Assembly (NCBI GenBank): GCA_965285935.1
Contig: OZ260667.1
Location: forward strand, 26,226,001-26,290,000
DNA from: Ophelia neglecta
Lineage: Eukaryota
Reading direction: 5' to 3'
Length of the DNA: 64,000 bases
Shown: one piece after another, positions 25,753-41,688 of the stretch
How positions within the stretch are numbered: position 1 is the first letter of the stretch
Layout of the letters: the number at the start of each line of letters is the position of its first letter
Position numbers and translations under genes: made by a program
Notes under the pieces: generated by a model
Database searches by the model: none
Seen by the model: only the letters and a program-made list of their open reading frames with translations
Told to the model about the DNA's origin: nothing

Positions 25753-27953
25753 CTGAAATGGAGAAAAGTTAAAAATGGCGTACGGATTTGACTAAAAACC
25801 TTTTGCCTATTCTGATTATTGCACTAGATTAGAGTATTATCTAAGTCTAAAGTGAGCGCTTTGTACTCGATCAACTAATATAACTTTTTTACAATTATAA
25901 CACAATGCAGGGCCGCTGTCTGCACCCCAACCCAACCCCCGCCCAAGAATGAAAAATAAAAACAACTGTAATGGTAAACTAAATGATATTGCCTGATCTA
26001 TCTTCTGCATATCACTAAATAGGCTATATTTCTAGGAAAAAAGATATATAAACTCTCAGTGCACAGTTTGCAAGAACCTGAATGTAGACGACGCAGGGGA
26101 CAACGTTATTTTTTATACGGAGGCCTTTGATTTATCGATGATAGCGGAAAATAAGTCAACCTTTTAGAGTGGGATTTGTAATGAGATTAGTTGACATTAG
26201 CCTAGCCTAACATGGTAACCGATTGCGAATCCCCGTTTTCATCAAACAGGAGTGTTTGTAAGCCTTAAATTGGAAGCTCATTTGCAATTCTAACGGCCAG
26301 AAGGCGTTTAATCCTATATGGAATACGAAGGGCATGTTGTTTTAGGACTGCCTATAGATGCCGTGGGTTTCCTTGAGGAACCAATTTTCAAAAATGCTAA
26401 GCTGCTTATTTGTGCTGATAAACGCCGATCTAAATTCTATACTCGACGTTTTATAATACTCGGCGCCGACACACATTGGCAAAAATAACAATAAGTCTGG
26501 AATTTGAATTTAGTGCCAGTGTAAAATAAGGTAAAAAACGACAGTGGCTCTCCTTCCCAAGTAGGTTATTTTAGAGATAAACATTGTTTGAATCAATAAA
26601 CATGTTTCCAATTTGTTTTCTTATAGGTAGGCTAAGCTGTTTTTTTGTCTACATTTTAAATGAAAGCATTCTTCGAAGGTGAATGCGTCGCCTTCATCAA
26701 CTGAATAAAACTAGTTGGTGTTACAGTTAGACTGGGTTAGCTTGTGCGGTGGCTGGGGGCTGGATTAAATCAGTGCCTAATACATCATGCTGCTGATTCG
26801 AGCCTTAAGGCTACCACCCGAGGAAAGCCGTCTTGGGTATGATGAGGTACTAACAATGACCGATGTACCTTCCCTGTGGTCTGAAATGCCGTGTTGAGGC
26901 AAAAACTTCCTCCTAGTACTCCTCGGGCCTTAACATTCCTAGAAAGATAGCAATACACGATGTGCTAATCGGGTTTTTGGTTATACTGTTTAGGGTAAAG
27001 TGTCGTTTATCTTTCTATACAGACTTAACGGGTATTTTTCTTGGCATGATATTTCGCTATTCCAATGGTTCCCATTTTGGCCTCTCGTAACTGGAGCGAT
27101 CTATAAACTTTGAGGTTTTTCTCTGCATCGATGGAGGAGGCGTGGCTTGCACGACACTCAATTAAAAAACTCCATGTGCAGCCATGTTTGAAAAGGAATT
27201 TGGACAGAAGACTTGCATTTGATTGACCAATAAATCACAGAGCGTCATGTAAACGTCCCGGTGATTATCACGGCCTGCTTTCATGTAAATACATCGCAGA
27301 ACCTTCCACCTTGAAGACGGCTGTCAGAAGCTATCATGGTCAACTATGTGCATTAAGTTAACTTGATAGTTGTCATAGCTGCAAGAATTGGAAATGGCGC
27401 ACACACTGCTTTTTCGAATAGGGTATGACATTTGCCATCATAAAAATGAGGTCTAATTATGTAGATGAGTCGATAAGGAGGCCGTAATCCGTCCGATAAA
27501 TCAAATAACTTGATTTTAACGCTGCTTCGCAGAACACGTGCAGCAACTTTTCTTCGAAACAACGAGTCCATGTTCTTCGTCTACTGTACATTCCCACAGT
27601 ATTATTGTGCTACTGGACTCTTAAGACTTCCTGGATATATCCAGCTATAGCCCACATAATCTAATGGACACTGTCTAGCATCGTGCTCTGATTTGGTTTA
27701 ACTCATAGTGTATAGCTGTGAAATTAGGATCTTACTTAACCGAAGCGGGTATTTGCAAGCAAAACACTCACCTTTTTACGTTGGTTTAAAAACTTTAACT
27801 GTGACACACCAAAAGCTGAGGTACATGAAAAAAACATAACCAAGTCACTAATTGAGACTTCAGACATATAAGCGGATCAACAATTATAGGAAAAAAACTG
27901 CAGTACATACCCGACAGACAAAGACAAATCATCATGATGAATAGACCATTATA

Positions 27954-27997
27954 TACAATACAATACAATACAATAAAATACAATACAATACAATACA
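27954..27997. repeat. (CAATA)n pentanucleotide microsatellite
   Basis: tacaatacaatacaatacaataaaatacaatacaatacaataca. Confidence 0.9.
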
Positions 27998-30900
27998 TTG
28001 TATAGACAATGCCATTGATGAATATACATTTTCCCGCTACACAGGGTATACGCCAAATTAAATCGGCCAGGAACTCATCAAGAACCGTTGGTTTGAATCA
28101 GATCAGCGACAGGAAAATTGGAACTTGTGTGAAATACAGTCGGAGCTACACTTGCCCAGAGCAAGTTTAATGATAAAATCAGGTTATCAATCATAAGCTA
28201 CAAACCTTCTAAAATCCAACTAACATAGCTTCAAAATGTAATGTACGAGATTTTAACCTGCAGAGAAAACTTGTCTTGTGCTATTTTAGATTCAATATTG
28301 GCAATTCGCCTTTAGCTAGCGAGGCCTGTGTACGCAAGGAGTCTCGTTTCTGTTTGAAAGGTTCCAAAAATTGAGGGAACCAGGTGCGACTTATCACCGC
28401 CCGTTCCTTATCTCCATGGTTAAATGGAATGAATAATGGACGAAACTATTGGACAATTCAGTTTCCTTCCTGAGGTACTAAACCTCAGATTTGAATTAAA
28501 GCGGTCCATGATTCATTTGTCTTTAGTTTCAAATAAAATCATGCGCTCCAACATATACAATGTGTAATAATAGTTGTTAATAACTTTCTGTTGGTCAATT
28601 TCTAAGAAATCTTGTAATAAGGACATGAAGAAGTTGGTTATTCGTGGATGCACATTTTATCTCTTACTGGTTATAATAGTCAGGTTATCCAATAAGGACT
28701 TACATCGTGGCCAATTAGATTTCATGTAGCGAAACTGTAATCACCACTGGTCCAGGTAAACATAATAAGTGGATTGTAAAAATATAGAAAATCGACTGAA
28801 CAAATTTGCTTCAACTAATGCAACAGTCCCTGTATGCACGAGAGCTATCCTATTCATTGTCATATTCTGCGGACCATTCCCATTATTATCTATAGTAATT
28901 TTAGTCACTGGATGTATGAAAAACGAAGAAACTATGCATAACACCTGTTTATATTTGGAAATTAAAAATTTCAGAACAAGTTTCCATTTATTTGGCTAGA
29001 ACAGCTTTACCCGCCAATAGTATAGCAAGTACTAATTCAAGATACGGAATGCGAAAGTTTGTCTATAATAATGTTGCCATGTCTATCTCCTTGGTGAAGT
29101 TACAATTGATCGACCATGTGGAATTATGGCTAAGGCGTGTCAGTAATTGATCCCCACTTTACAAACCACCCACCAGGGAGAAACATGGTAATCCAAAAAA
29201 GCCTCTGCTTATTATAGTAATCGACGTAAACTGAAATAATTATTGCGGTTAATGGGATCCGTCTTATGGTGCATCAGTAAATACACCAAAGTACATGTGA
29301 GTACTAAGCACTGATGTGTGCGCCATATTTTCTTTAATCCTGAATTGACATTTATCCATTACTCTGATATGAAATATCCTTGTAGTGTATTCCATGAAAT
29401 AGTTCACCATTAAGGCTGGATATGTAAGGCAATGCATAGGCAAAGAAGGAAACCATGGATATCTCTACAACCAATACAAGAATTTGAGGCTAAATCTGCT
29501 TGAAAATAGTTTCTTTTTGCAAGAATAGTGGCTGCCTAATATGAGCCAATGAATATAATTTGGATAAGTAAAATAGCTTTCCTTTGAGCAGAGAATTTGT
29601 AATAGTTGTACGTATAATCATCAATCTATAGAACTTGCTAAGGGAATGCAGCTATGTACCATGACCCTTATAGCTTATCCCTTACTACAGTGGAAAGCAG
29701 TACTGTATTTCCCAATTATATTCTTCTGTCACATTGTTTTTCTCTTATGACTTGTCAAAATAATAAAACTATTTGGGATTTCCATAATATTAAGAACATT
29801 ATCAACAGGTTATCAACTTTCCAAATGGTAAAAGTAACTTTGTCACATGTCCAAACAGAAAATTGGCAAACGCCAAAATGATTTGGAACTGATAAAACCT
29901 TCCGAATTTAAATCTGTTTTCAATTTGTTGATTCATGACAGCATATTGAACTGTACCATTTTATTTCTTCATTCATATATTCAAGGGCTTTCAGTCGAGG
30001 TCGTAGCAATATTCTTCACAATAAATCGATTTTCGTCTTATATAATCATGGTGAAAGAACCTCTCATACAACAGGTATCCACTCAAATCCCACACCGGGC
30101 CTTTCCTATATAAAGCAGAGGGAAAGGTTAATGGTTTGGACCTGGTTGGAAATCTAGAAGGGAATTGAAGCTGGCTATTATCATTCAGTACAATCATTTT
30201 TGACAGGCAGTAGTGGCATCTGTGAAAAAAAAGAACCCTCCCCTAACTTATGCAATCACTCTTTCCTAAACGAAGTATGACTGATTTCGACAAGGGTATT
30301 TTACTCCCGGGTGCATCAGTATTAATATTGCTATGTTCAAGGAAAAAAGCCATTTTTCAAGTATGGCCCTTGGGTGAATACTCAAGTTCATTGCGACGGT
30401 ACAAAATATATTGAAGTACGTGCTTGTTGATACCATAGCGGAGTAAGGTCCTGAAAAAAGTAACATTTCTACCATTTGATAACGGAAAATGAAACACAGT
30501 CTCTAAATGAAGACAATGATATCGATCATGTTTATAGAGAGCTGTTGTTGGTCGAAGTGCACACAGCTGGTATTAGGAAATGAATTACAATAATACAATC
30601 GGTGCAGTTACAATTGGAAAATGTTTAGCATTCCATTATCAATAAAAGATTTGGAGAGTTGTGATATAAACGTCGATATCAAGGGCTTGCGGCTCAATGC
30701 GTATTATATCCCACCTAGCATATTTCATTGGCCCAGTGTTCTATAGAGACACTGCCGATGCAGAACATATGGAAAGCTTGTTTTTCAGCAACATTTTGCT
30801 CGATACAAAGATCCCCGGAGACACACATACTAAGTTGAAACAGGCAGAGGTAGCGGAGCGAATTTTCCCAATTGCGAACTAATTGCAGAATCACATTCAA

Positions 30901-33900
30901 AGCCAAATAGCATGACGTGGTTTCAGTGTTTAAATCCATCAGAAGAATGATAAATATGAGGTAATTTTATCGACTTTCGAAGCCATCACTGAAACACACC
31001 AATTTGTCTACATACAATTCAACCACCATTTTTCATTTGATTTGCCTCATTTTTAATGACAAGATTACCATTTGGAGATAATTAAGTAATTATTTGTAAC
31101 GTTATATCATGACCAACACTTGCTTCAATACCATTTGCGGCAGAAATCCAATTATATCACTCGTAGTCGAGCTGAGCAGGGGAGTCTCGAAATCTATCAA
31201 AGCAGGACCAATCACGATAACATATTGCTACACATAAAATCATCTTACTATTAAACAGCCATACCAATAAAACTATTTGAATTGACTGCCTTATTTTATA
31301 AGGCATGTTACTGCTCTTACTGTACGTCTACATAACATCACTTAAGTCAAATAGCACGTCTACCCTCTATGGCTGTATCGTTCCGGAACAGCAACAAACG
31401 CCGTTCAGACAGCTGGGTACATTCACAATGCTTCTCAACCCGAACGAAACCAAATAGGTATAATGTGGCACAATGAAGTGCTTTCGGGTGATGGCATATT
31501 AGCCTGGTAGCAATTAGTTGTCTTGTGTTCTGAGAGGGGCAGCGAGGGATAAGAGGGATGGGAAAGATAAATGGATTCCATTACCACTGACCACATTTGC
31601 CAATCCAGAGAACAATATAGAGATAAGGGCATGGCTTCATCGCTGCAGTTCCTTATGCGGCCGTAGCGTCATTAAACTGGTGTTTCCATTACGTTTTAGA
31701 GAAATCAACTATGATAAAAGCCTATAAAGCAGAAAAAGCCAGGACCAGTTTGTCCAAATATTTTACCCACACGAAATATGGTTACACAGGTCAATTTGCC
31801 AATATTGCGAAACCCAATAGCTTTCTTTTATCTACTACAATGAATGTGATCCATTAAATAGTGACAAACTTATGGGTATTATTCTATTATGTTTTCACAT
31901 GTATCGGCCAATTATAATACACTTCAATTTTTTGATATTGTCATTTTTAGGTGGTACAGAAACTACTATGTAATTTGTAAAATTGCGAGACGTTTTTCCA
32001 ATTTACTTTTGGTCCCTGGACAGTATCATATCTTGACTCCCGGGTTTATTCGGGTAGATAAAGGATAGATCAACTCACATCAAGAATAAAACTCAAACCC
32101 CTTTCTCATTTATATACTGAGTCTTGAATTAGATATCGGCCTGAAGGGCTGTTGAAGACGCGCATCATGACACTCGGCATTCTCCGCGAATATAACGGTA
32201 ATTTACGGTAGTCTCCGGCACTGGCTGTTCTAGGAAATTCACATAGAACTGCCAAAGGGTCGCATTCTGTGTTTTAAATGTGAATTGAGACTTTTCGATG
32301 CCAAAAGAAGTATACGTTAACAAAGCTGCATGCAGTTGTTATTTTTTCTATGCCTTAATAAAGTAAACAAGAAGTGGACATCCGGCAGACAAATCAAAAT
32401 CATTAGCCAGGAAAAGTCCATTAAATTGGTGCGAAAACACTAAGAACCAGGCGATTCAGGCTGTAACCAGCACTGTGATTGGCAGGTAATTCCGAAGCAA
32501 TATTCGACTGAACGGTCGATGACTAAAACCATAGTTTTACTTCAGATATGTAAACGAATAAGATAAAGCACAGGGTGTGGTAGCACGTAAATTTGTCCTG
32601 GGGATAGATAAAGAATGAGACTAGCAGGCACCTTTAATTTGAATATTGTATAATTAATCAAATTAAATTACAATTCCAGTCAATTCGCATATCTAAAATG
32701 TGCATTTATAACGTTAGCAGCTTCCTTTTTTGTATCCCTGGCCCTTTTTTAAAAATCGGATTTGACCTGGACAACAGTCAACGAACCTGACCAAATGGAC
32801 TAGTTTTGGCTACAGAATTCTAGGATCTTTTCTTATAGAATGACTATAAAATAAATAATTTCGCTCCATTTGAGGAGACATGAAGCGTATACAAACGTCC
32901 AGTTGGTCGGCTACTGGTTTCTACATACCGGTCAGATACAGCGAAAAACAAAGTTAAGCTAGTACTAGCCTCCGGCTGCTGATAAATGTTACATAAAAAT
33001 CAAATTCAAAGGTTTCGTTACCGTGTCATGTGGCAGTTTAGGGAGAAATCGCTATAGTGAATTAGGTGACAGTTGAGTAAGAAAAGCAATGATCGCCAGC
33101 AAATGATCAGATTGATCACCTTATCAGATTAATCTGACATGCTTGCAGGCAAAGTCTAACATATCAAGTAACTAGCACGAAGAATCCGAGCAGTCCATCT
33201 TACAGTTGTTCTAATATGATCAAACATATCAATACTTTGCTCCTGTCGAGCATACAACTTTGCGTGTCATGGATAAATCAGGGCAAGAAAGCATTAATAA
33301 TTTCTGCAAAATTATCAAAAAACTAATCAGAGGAAGGAATCTCATGGACACGAGGGAGAGAACCCCACTATGTTCAAAGAGTGGAAGTCATTAATCGATG
33401 AGGAAAACATTATGCCGATATAGATTTTTCTTGTCTAAGCTATCATCCGTTAAGCTTTTTGGTACTGTCCAGTGACTTAATTATCATGATGTTCAGGGTC
33501 CGTATATCCGTTCTTCCTGGTAACAGCACAATTGCATTATCAACCTAAAACAGACTCTAGGCGAATCTATACAAATGTAAATTGAAACTCAATAGAAGCA
33601 GACGGCAAGGCAATGCATTTCAACCCATGTTGTTCTCTTTGCAACAAAACAGGATTACCGGCGAAATTGTGGGAATGGATCAGTACCGTGGCAGATAAAC
33701 GTATCGATGTGCAACAAATCACTATGTTATTTACAGTACATGTAGAACTATAAGATACCACTGAGTCATATCACCGGAAACATCAACAGGTGAACGGGGA
33801 AACACAGTGAATCAGAAAAAGCGAAAAATTTAATTAATTTTCCACTAATTAATATCTATCCAGGTGGAAGGAATTCTGTGAAAAATGACATTCATTCAGT

Positions 33901-35903
33901 AAATAAATAAATGGATGGATAGATGGTCGGATGGATAAATGAAAAGTTTCATATTATGCTCATGGCATTTAAATGAAACAATCGTCAAAATGAATGTCAT
34001 ACACAGTATTTACTTGACTTCCTTTTTACACGTTTATCTCGAGCCATTAAGTAAATATTTGCGCTGAAATTTCACTTCTCAGTATCACTTTGACAGGTGG
34101 TCAAGAGCAATCATTACGTTGCTCGTTAACCGAATATATAGTAATGGTAAAAAAAGTCACCTGTAGAATCCTGACATATGTCATTCTGTGAGGTGTCAAT
34201 GTATACTATATGCCTATCAGGCACCGTTCAGTAAATATAATAAGTGGAGAAATCAGTGGTCTGAATTTGATCTGGAAAAAGGTCAAACCCAAATTCAGAT
34301 TCATCATTAGGTTCCTTGTACATGGCTTCTGTATATTTTTATGCCTTTCTAGCACCATTAAGAGTTTACCATTCTACAGTCAAACATTGCAGGACTCTGG
34401 TGGCCCATTTTCTGAAATGTCTTCATTTACAAATCTCTACACGGATTTTGCGTACTATATGCATCCATTACATAAAACCGTTATGTTGGTATCGCGAAAC
34501 ATAGGAATTACAATACCATGACCGTTGTTGACATTATATTTCTAGAACGTAGTCATAGACTTTCCAGATCTTGATCGCATTATGTCTCATGCAGTGGTAA
34601 AGGTGCATGGATATTGGTGAAGAGGTTTAGCTATTACAGAGTAACAAAATGCAGCTGAAACCGAGGACGCCGACGGACACACGAGGATAGAGGTACATCC
34701 CAACATATGTTTGGCTCTGTCGCCTTAATGCATATGATAGTCTTTCTAACAAATTGTCGTTTTCATGGTACATGTTTAATGTTCCAATTAGCCTTCAATG
34801 CGTCGAAAGACCGTAAATGGTAAATCATGCGGAGAACATAAGTGTCAACTTTTTAAGATACGATAAAAATACATCAACCAAGCATATAATACCAAGAAAC
34901 ACAAAAAATCGAAGCAATCGGGTTAAAAACGGCTGGTGTGTGTATTTAATAAGTCTAAGAGGATGCCATGACATTAACATGAAATAGACCACCCAAACCA
35001 AGAGGGAAAAATAAGAATTACGGAATTTGTTGCATAAACAGGAGAGATTTATGCGTTTCAGATTTTTATGATGGGGATGTTGCTGGAGACGAAACTGGGC
35101 CCATTGTGTTGAGATTCCATAAATTCGATGAACGGCTAGACATGAATATTTCATATTTGTTTTGGTGTCCAGTTTATCCAATTAAATTATCTAGTCTACC
35201 ACCTAAATATTCTCTTACGTGACTGAAGTCATTAATGCCTTCAAAATCTTTTAAGACCCTTTCCAATATCTAACTTGGTAGCTTTCATCGCTTTATGTAC
35301 ACTCGAGACGCATTGAACATTAATTTTATGACAAATCTACCTGTCACAATTTGCCTAACACAGCCCAGTGCACTCTGAGGTTATCGGCACGCCTACTTTC
35401 AAAATATCAGCGTCCGTATTGGCCATGAACTAGCCATATTAGGTTATAGGTTAACATATTTGTGCATACCAAATGTCATTTCCACTGTCTGTTTAATGCA
35501 AAATTCACAAGAAAGGTTAATCCCACGCGTGTTGTATTACATTAACAATACAACACTGCGGCTGATATCAATTTTATACCCCGTTATGCGTATTCACGCA
35601 TTTATATATGAATATATGTATATATATATATTCTAGATCAAAGAACAAAAACGACTATTTGTTATCGGTGTTCGCATTTCTGGCACCTTTGAGAAGTACG
35701 AATACAATGCCCATGTTGACAGAAAAGCCCTGTTACGAGGTAAGCAGGAATACGCAGTTGAAAAACAAAACATATTACGATATTGTGGTGTATACTTACC
35801 AAACATATCAATGAAAAAAGTAGTTAAAACGGGAGATGTGAATATGTTACAACATTATAAGTAATTCGGTAATATTATTATACGTAAGTTTCAACGCACT
35901 TAC

Positions 35904-36100
35904 CAGGGGAACTCAGTGCCGGAGGACCAGTAAGAGAAGCCTTCTGGTTCTGGCATAATTCCTATTGAGTTGTTTTCTGGTTTGGACTGAGAGAGAACCC
36001 CGTCGAATGTCAAACTTAAAATAACAGCCGTGAAAACCAAAATAGGTGAAAATCGCATAAGATGTTGTAACAACATTGGGTATCCAACCAGGTTTTGCAT
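35904..36100 (-). CDS. Variable signal-peptide exon V1 (MQNL...ILVFTAVILSLTFDGVLS/Q...EPEGFSYWSSGTEFP-C)
   Basis: Hydrophobic signal peptide, shared EPxGFxYWxxGTxFP motif, phase-2 TG|gtaagt donor compatible with the exon at 25752. Confidence 0.8.
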
Positions 36101-37613
36101 TATGGATTGAGGAGAGATAGACACAGCAGTGAGGCGCTGCAAGGACCTTTCACTCAACGTTCTTATCACATAGCGTGCGGATAGCACGGACAGTCCACAC
36201 TATGTCCTTTGTTAATCACAGATGCTCTTGCTGAATTTCTTTGCTAAACATATTTCCAACCGCTTGTACTAGTTTCCCTGTAAATGACATTAATCGGTAT
36301 GGCATGTTCAACAATATGACAATGTAAACCGACGGATCGGCTACAAAGATACTCTGACTGCTAAAACAAACTATCATAGAAACTGTTACCAGATATCGTG
36401 TAATAAGCACAACAGTAGGCCTATCATATGTCCCTATAATACTAGACTCATATAATTATAATAGAAATAGGCCTAATGAATATCCGTTATTATAACATAG
36501 AAATAAAAGGATTTTCCGACAAGCTACCACTGTTTGTGCCTTTCCTACTAATTGAAACTCTGGTATCGGTCTTATCGCCACCAATGCCTCCCCTGGTGGT
36601 GATGGCAGCTGTCGACGCCCGTCGGTTATCTACGGCTGGTGAGGAATTCAGATCGATTGATGATTGGCGCGGCAAGTGCCGCAAAAAACACAGTTATGAT
36701 TTTATGCCACACAATCCATCTTTCAATCAGAAACTAGCTTGGGATTGATCGAGGTCTGGCAGCAGGTGGTGATTTATGGTACGTTTTGTTCAAATAATCC
36801 AGAAAAATGTTTAAGTAACGTAGCAATCGGGCGCTTAAGGACTAAAAACAATGTTTTCGCAATTAATTAACTAATGTCTAGCTATCAAGCTATACCTTTC
36901 AGGGTTCAATTTTAATTTGGGGAAGAAGCATTCTGTTGAGGAATCATCGATGTTCCATGGATCGGTGGGAGGGGGGGGGGGATGAAGGAACATCAGTAGC
37001 ATATGCGACCATATCTTCAACGAAATTTGGTCAAGAAAAGAGTGTGTAGATAGTATTCTTTTAGCAGAACAATCCATCCTTTCAAAGTCGAACACAATTT
37101 AGGTTGAACATAACTGTGTGACCAACACAGCTTTATAACACTCGTATTACATATGTACCTAAGTCGTGCCAGAATCGACAGTGTACATTTTACACGGTAT
37201 GTATATTATCAGCTGCCGTAATTAAACCTTGTTTTTTCTTATATATATCTACTATACTATCTTTCGCTCTACGACACACGTTCCCACTGAGGCATGCTGC
37301 AGGTGGCAGCTTCACAAAGTGTACTGGCTGTGGTTAAATCGGTCGGCGTACATGTTCATATTAATACGTCAATAGATTAGTTTAAATCCCTTCCGAGAAT
37401 GTTTAATGGGGCATGGGTTCTACATATGTAAAAGTGAATTCAAATAATTAGAGAACTAAAGAGAAACTTAAACCCATATTCTCTTGACACTATTAAACCT
37501 GACAGTCTTTCAATTGTTTCCATGGGCCATTGAACAAGCAAAATACAAGGCTATTTGGAATTAATTGATATAATTATGACTTGACAGCGACATAATCTTA
37601 CTCTGTCACTTAC

Positions 37614-37813
37614 CAAGGGAACGCTGTCCCGGCGACCCAGTAAGGAAAGCCTGTGGGTTCCGCAGGGAAACTCATCGAAGAATTATCTGTTGATGACATG
37701 GTTTGGGCGCCAACCGTGTTCATCGCTACTGATAATATATTGAAAACTGCAGCACAGGCGACAATGAAAAGCGGTTCAAACATCATTATATAATCTCGAA
37801 CCATTACTCTCAT
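37614..37813 (-). CDS. Variable signal-peptide exon V2 (MRVMVRD...VGA/Q...EPTGFPYWVAGTAFP-C)
   Basis: Same motif and same phase-2 TG|gtaagt donor as V1 and V3. Confidence 0.82.
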
Positions 37814-38215
37814 CTAATCCAATTCAGGACACGTACGCGGGAAAAGGTAACAGCCACTTCTAGGCTAGGAGCAGCACTCTGATAACAAGTGACCTTATAG
37901 TAATCCTAATGTCGTTGGAAAAATACCTTGTCAGTGTTATATCTTAACTACTCCACCAATGAAAACTTGTCAATACATTGGTAAAATTTTGTTCCCTTGT
38001 AGCATTCGCTTTTTTGAAGACAGTGGAGCCGATCTACCTCATAGCAGGCCAAATTTCGGACCATACTTCTATCATATAAGTTCCCTCCGTTCTGTCGTGT
38101 GATTTGGTCGATTTTTATCCTCATTACGGACAAAAATAAGCTATTAAGGCCGTCATGTGTATCCGATGTCACGCTCCCACAATGGGCCAGACCATCCACT
38201 AGCATTCAACCCTTT

Positions 38216-38330
38216 GAGTGAGGACGATTGCTCGCGCCGGTAGGGATGCCTTTACACGACGACGGCAGATCGATAGCTGATTAGCGCTCACACCAGGACT
38301 ACAGAAGGAACCCATTTATATATCTACAGC
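38216..38330 (-). promoter_or_regulatory. Putative proximal regulatory block of V2 (related blocks at about 52708-52825 and 36640-36675)
   Basis: V2 and V3 share gagtgag..cgattgc....gccg, gcagatc(g/a)ata and cacaccag in the same order. V1 has cagatcgattgatgattggcgc at a similar distance from its donor. Confidence 0.45.
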
Positions 38331-41300
38331 ATCATCGACCAAACCTGGCTACTTATGAATCAAATGTTACCTGAATCATAATTCTTTTCAATTAGAACAG
38401 CCTTACTCACGTTTCTCAACAATTCGTGCATGATTTTGTTTTGTATGCACTGTATCGGACTTCAAATGGGATATTTCTCTCGGTAAAAACTTAACCACAG
38501 CAGATAAAGGTCAAGGTGAAGCATTGGGCCGCTCCTGGACCTGGAGAGTCTAAATTTAGCTGTAAGGGAGAAAACCTATCAAGGATATATCTAAGTCATG
38601 CAGAATCCCCAAAAATATGTGAAGAAGCGTCATTTTTAATTACAAAAGTAATGACCTGTACGATTACTGCGTAGGAAAACATCTTTAACTGTAGATTGTG
38701 GTAGAAAAAATAAAGGTCTGTCTGCACCCCAACTAAACTAAGCGATAATGCCCCCGGGAAAACAAAATCTGATTGTCTCGTCTTAACATGTACATCCAAT
38801 TATTGATTACCCCTTTTAGTATAAACATTGAGAAGAGACAAACCAGGGTTTCGGTTCAGCACAAGGAAGGTCTGGATACTCACATGCTACTGCCAAAGAA
38901 ATAATGAAACCATTGTGAGCCCCTAGTTTTATGTCCCTTCCTATAATCTACTGTTAGGTAAATTATACCTAAAATTTTAGCATACTCGTTGTTTATCTAA
39001 AATATTGAAATGGATATAGCTGCGAAATAGTCAAGACCCTTGCTATCCGCTGAAACCACCTAGTTCTTGATGATGGTATGGTGTGCTTATTATACAGATA
39101 GAGAGTAGTGTATATTTAGGCACTAGCGGGAAACTACGGAATGAACAAAACTAAAAAAAGCTCAATGCTTCGCACTTCACCAAACGTTAAAACAAGGAAG
39201 CATATAAGTTGCAGGAGGCCATTTTATGTAAAAAAAATTCTCAACAAATGATCGCATCTTCTTTACGGGCTCTGGTAAAGAGAAATTTACTGGACATGTT
39301 AATAAGCGCGGTTTCGTGGTTGTTTTGAAGTTTAATTGGGTAGTAATTCGAACTTTTTACAGTTTGAAGTTGAATGGTTGAAGCTTTTTTAATGGAGTTG
39401 CCAATAATTTATATGTTTTACAAAATATATGGATAGGGATGGGTCCTACTATTCCTTAAAACAAAGCCACAATTTGGCGCCACAATATTAACAGACACCA
39501 CAAGAGACAATGGACGAATAAAAGTATAGTGTGATAAAACAATAAATTTTACAACAATTTGAACTGGGGATCCATACCTGGACAGACCCTTGAATTGTAA
39601 ATATGGATATGATTGTGGTATGTTATATTTGAAAAGCACAAATTTTTAAATAAACATAACGCGTCATTTACTTATCCCATTATAACAAGGTATGCACAAA
39701 CAGCATATCTTTTTAAAATAGCCTTAACACGTGACATACAATGTAGGCCATTTGTCAATAACATAGCGGTTCATACATTATGAAAGTGAAGCAGTCATAA
39801 CGACGCACGGTTTGGTCGTAATCGTTCCTTCACCGATCCATCATGTCGCCTTTACCTAAGAGGGGTTGCCAAAATAACCCCTTTTATCGACCTTAGCTTT
39901 CTGCAATATCCTATAGAGGGAATGAACGTGACCTCAAGCTGGGTTTGGTAGACGCATGCGATGATTAGCCCCAAGGCCCGGATTCTCATCGAGAAAATAC
40001 CAGTTGAAGACATAGATTTAATAGTCCACGAACGCGTTTAGTTCTTTCCTGTCTGTCTTCGTTCATCGGAATAGTGTTCTTGGCACATTGCCTTCATACA
40101 TTTTAGAAGAATGTTGTAAAGCGTTAAAGGAATATATATTGTTCTGTCGAATAATAAGAACGCGGTTTTTCAACGTTGCATCAGTGTCGGGAGCTTTCTC
40201 GTGGTTAAGTTAATACATCTGTAGCCTGAAGAATCATGTTTGGCTAGGTCATTCCAATTAAATTATAAAATTCTACTTGTTGAAGTCCTGAAGTGAACAG
40301 TAAAATTCTGCGAGATTATGAGGGTTTTTCTCCCTCTTCAAATTTACCTTTTTGTTTTTTAAACCTCAGCCATCTTCACCTTCTCTTTACTGTGATTTCG
40401 CCCACCCTATATTGATATGCTTTTAAAATCAGTTGAATGTATTGATTTTTTGACCTGATAAAATATTTCTGCATTATACTAGACTCACGAAATTCTACAC
40501 ATTTCTCCCTGTTATACAAAGCAAAATTCAAACGTCCTGGTACAATTGTGTCGATCGCTTGATGAATGCGTTGGTCTCTTTCAGAAAATGAATCAAAAAG
40601 GCTGCCTTAATCCTGATGGAACACAGGTAACCCGAAATGACCCCGTCCGTCCATATATTTTAAGGAATGCAATTGAAATATCTACAAGATGTTTATCAAT
40701 CGGTACGATAATATGCTATTATTCTGGAGGCGTGGGATTATTCAAGCACGTTGATTCATGCCCCACAAATGGCTTGTCTATATGTTCGGCATAGAAACGG
40801 AACAATGACATGGTATTGCCTTTAATGAAACATTTTTGTAAGATGAAACTTGAATCAACCTAATGAAATGCTAACTTGCGATCTAAAGGCTTCATTTGTT
40901 GTTCAGTTTTTATTGCCAAAAGACAACTGCATTTTGACTGGTCATTTGTTAAGGAAAAGTATCAGATTTATCCAAATAACACAGTTTTGGAACCACTTAC
41001 AACGACGGTGGCTTATAGTCATATGTAGCTACATAAAATCGGTCAATCACTGCCGAAAATAGATATGTGTATATAAGGAGATTCTACATAATAATCACAT
41101 AGTTATGTCTTTAAAATTTGCAAGTGTCATAAGCGTGGTAGTCATAATCCATATAGAAGTATCGTTATTAAGTCTAATGAAATAATTCGGATAACACGAT
41201 TTGATACTCTATATCGGAAATCGAAACATATCGTTTATTTTTCGGAACTATCTATTTGATTTGTCGGTTTTCAACGGTGCCTATGCCTTCACGGAAATTT

Positions 41301-41688
41301 GCTTATTTCATACTTTCTCGAATATAATTTCTTGACCTTAATGAAGATGACAAGTCCTAAAGCAATAAAGACGGATACAAACTCGGACTGAGTTAAATTT
41401 TAGATCTGAATGAAGATATATTAGTTATATATTAATGAACGGCAAATTTGGTTTAATAGGATATGATTTCCATCAACTGAATCCGGGAAATTTGCAACAT
41501 TACCTAGAGATTATTTGTTCCGTATCGTTAATATACTCAAACAATGCTATTCACAAGTTTAGGGTGTATATAGTATGCTCTTTTTGTGAAGCACACTTTT
41601 GAAGCATTTGGCTGTTTTCCAAGCACTTCTTGCAATCTTGTGCTAGCTTGCTCATTGACTACTCAAGCACAACGAGGAGAACAGTAAT

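Noticed and set aside
26800-26890. Minus-strand DGFPRVVA resembling the V-exon motif
   Set aside because: No signal peptide, no FP-TG|gtaag donor, and a stop follows; probably chance.
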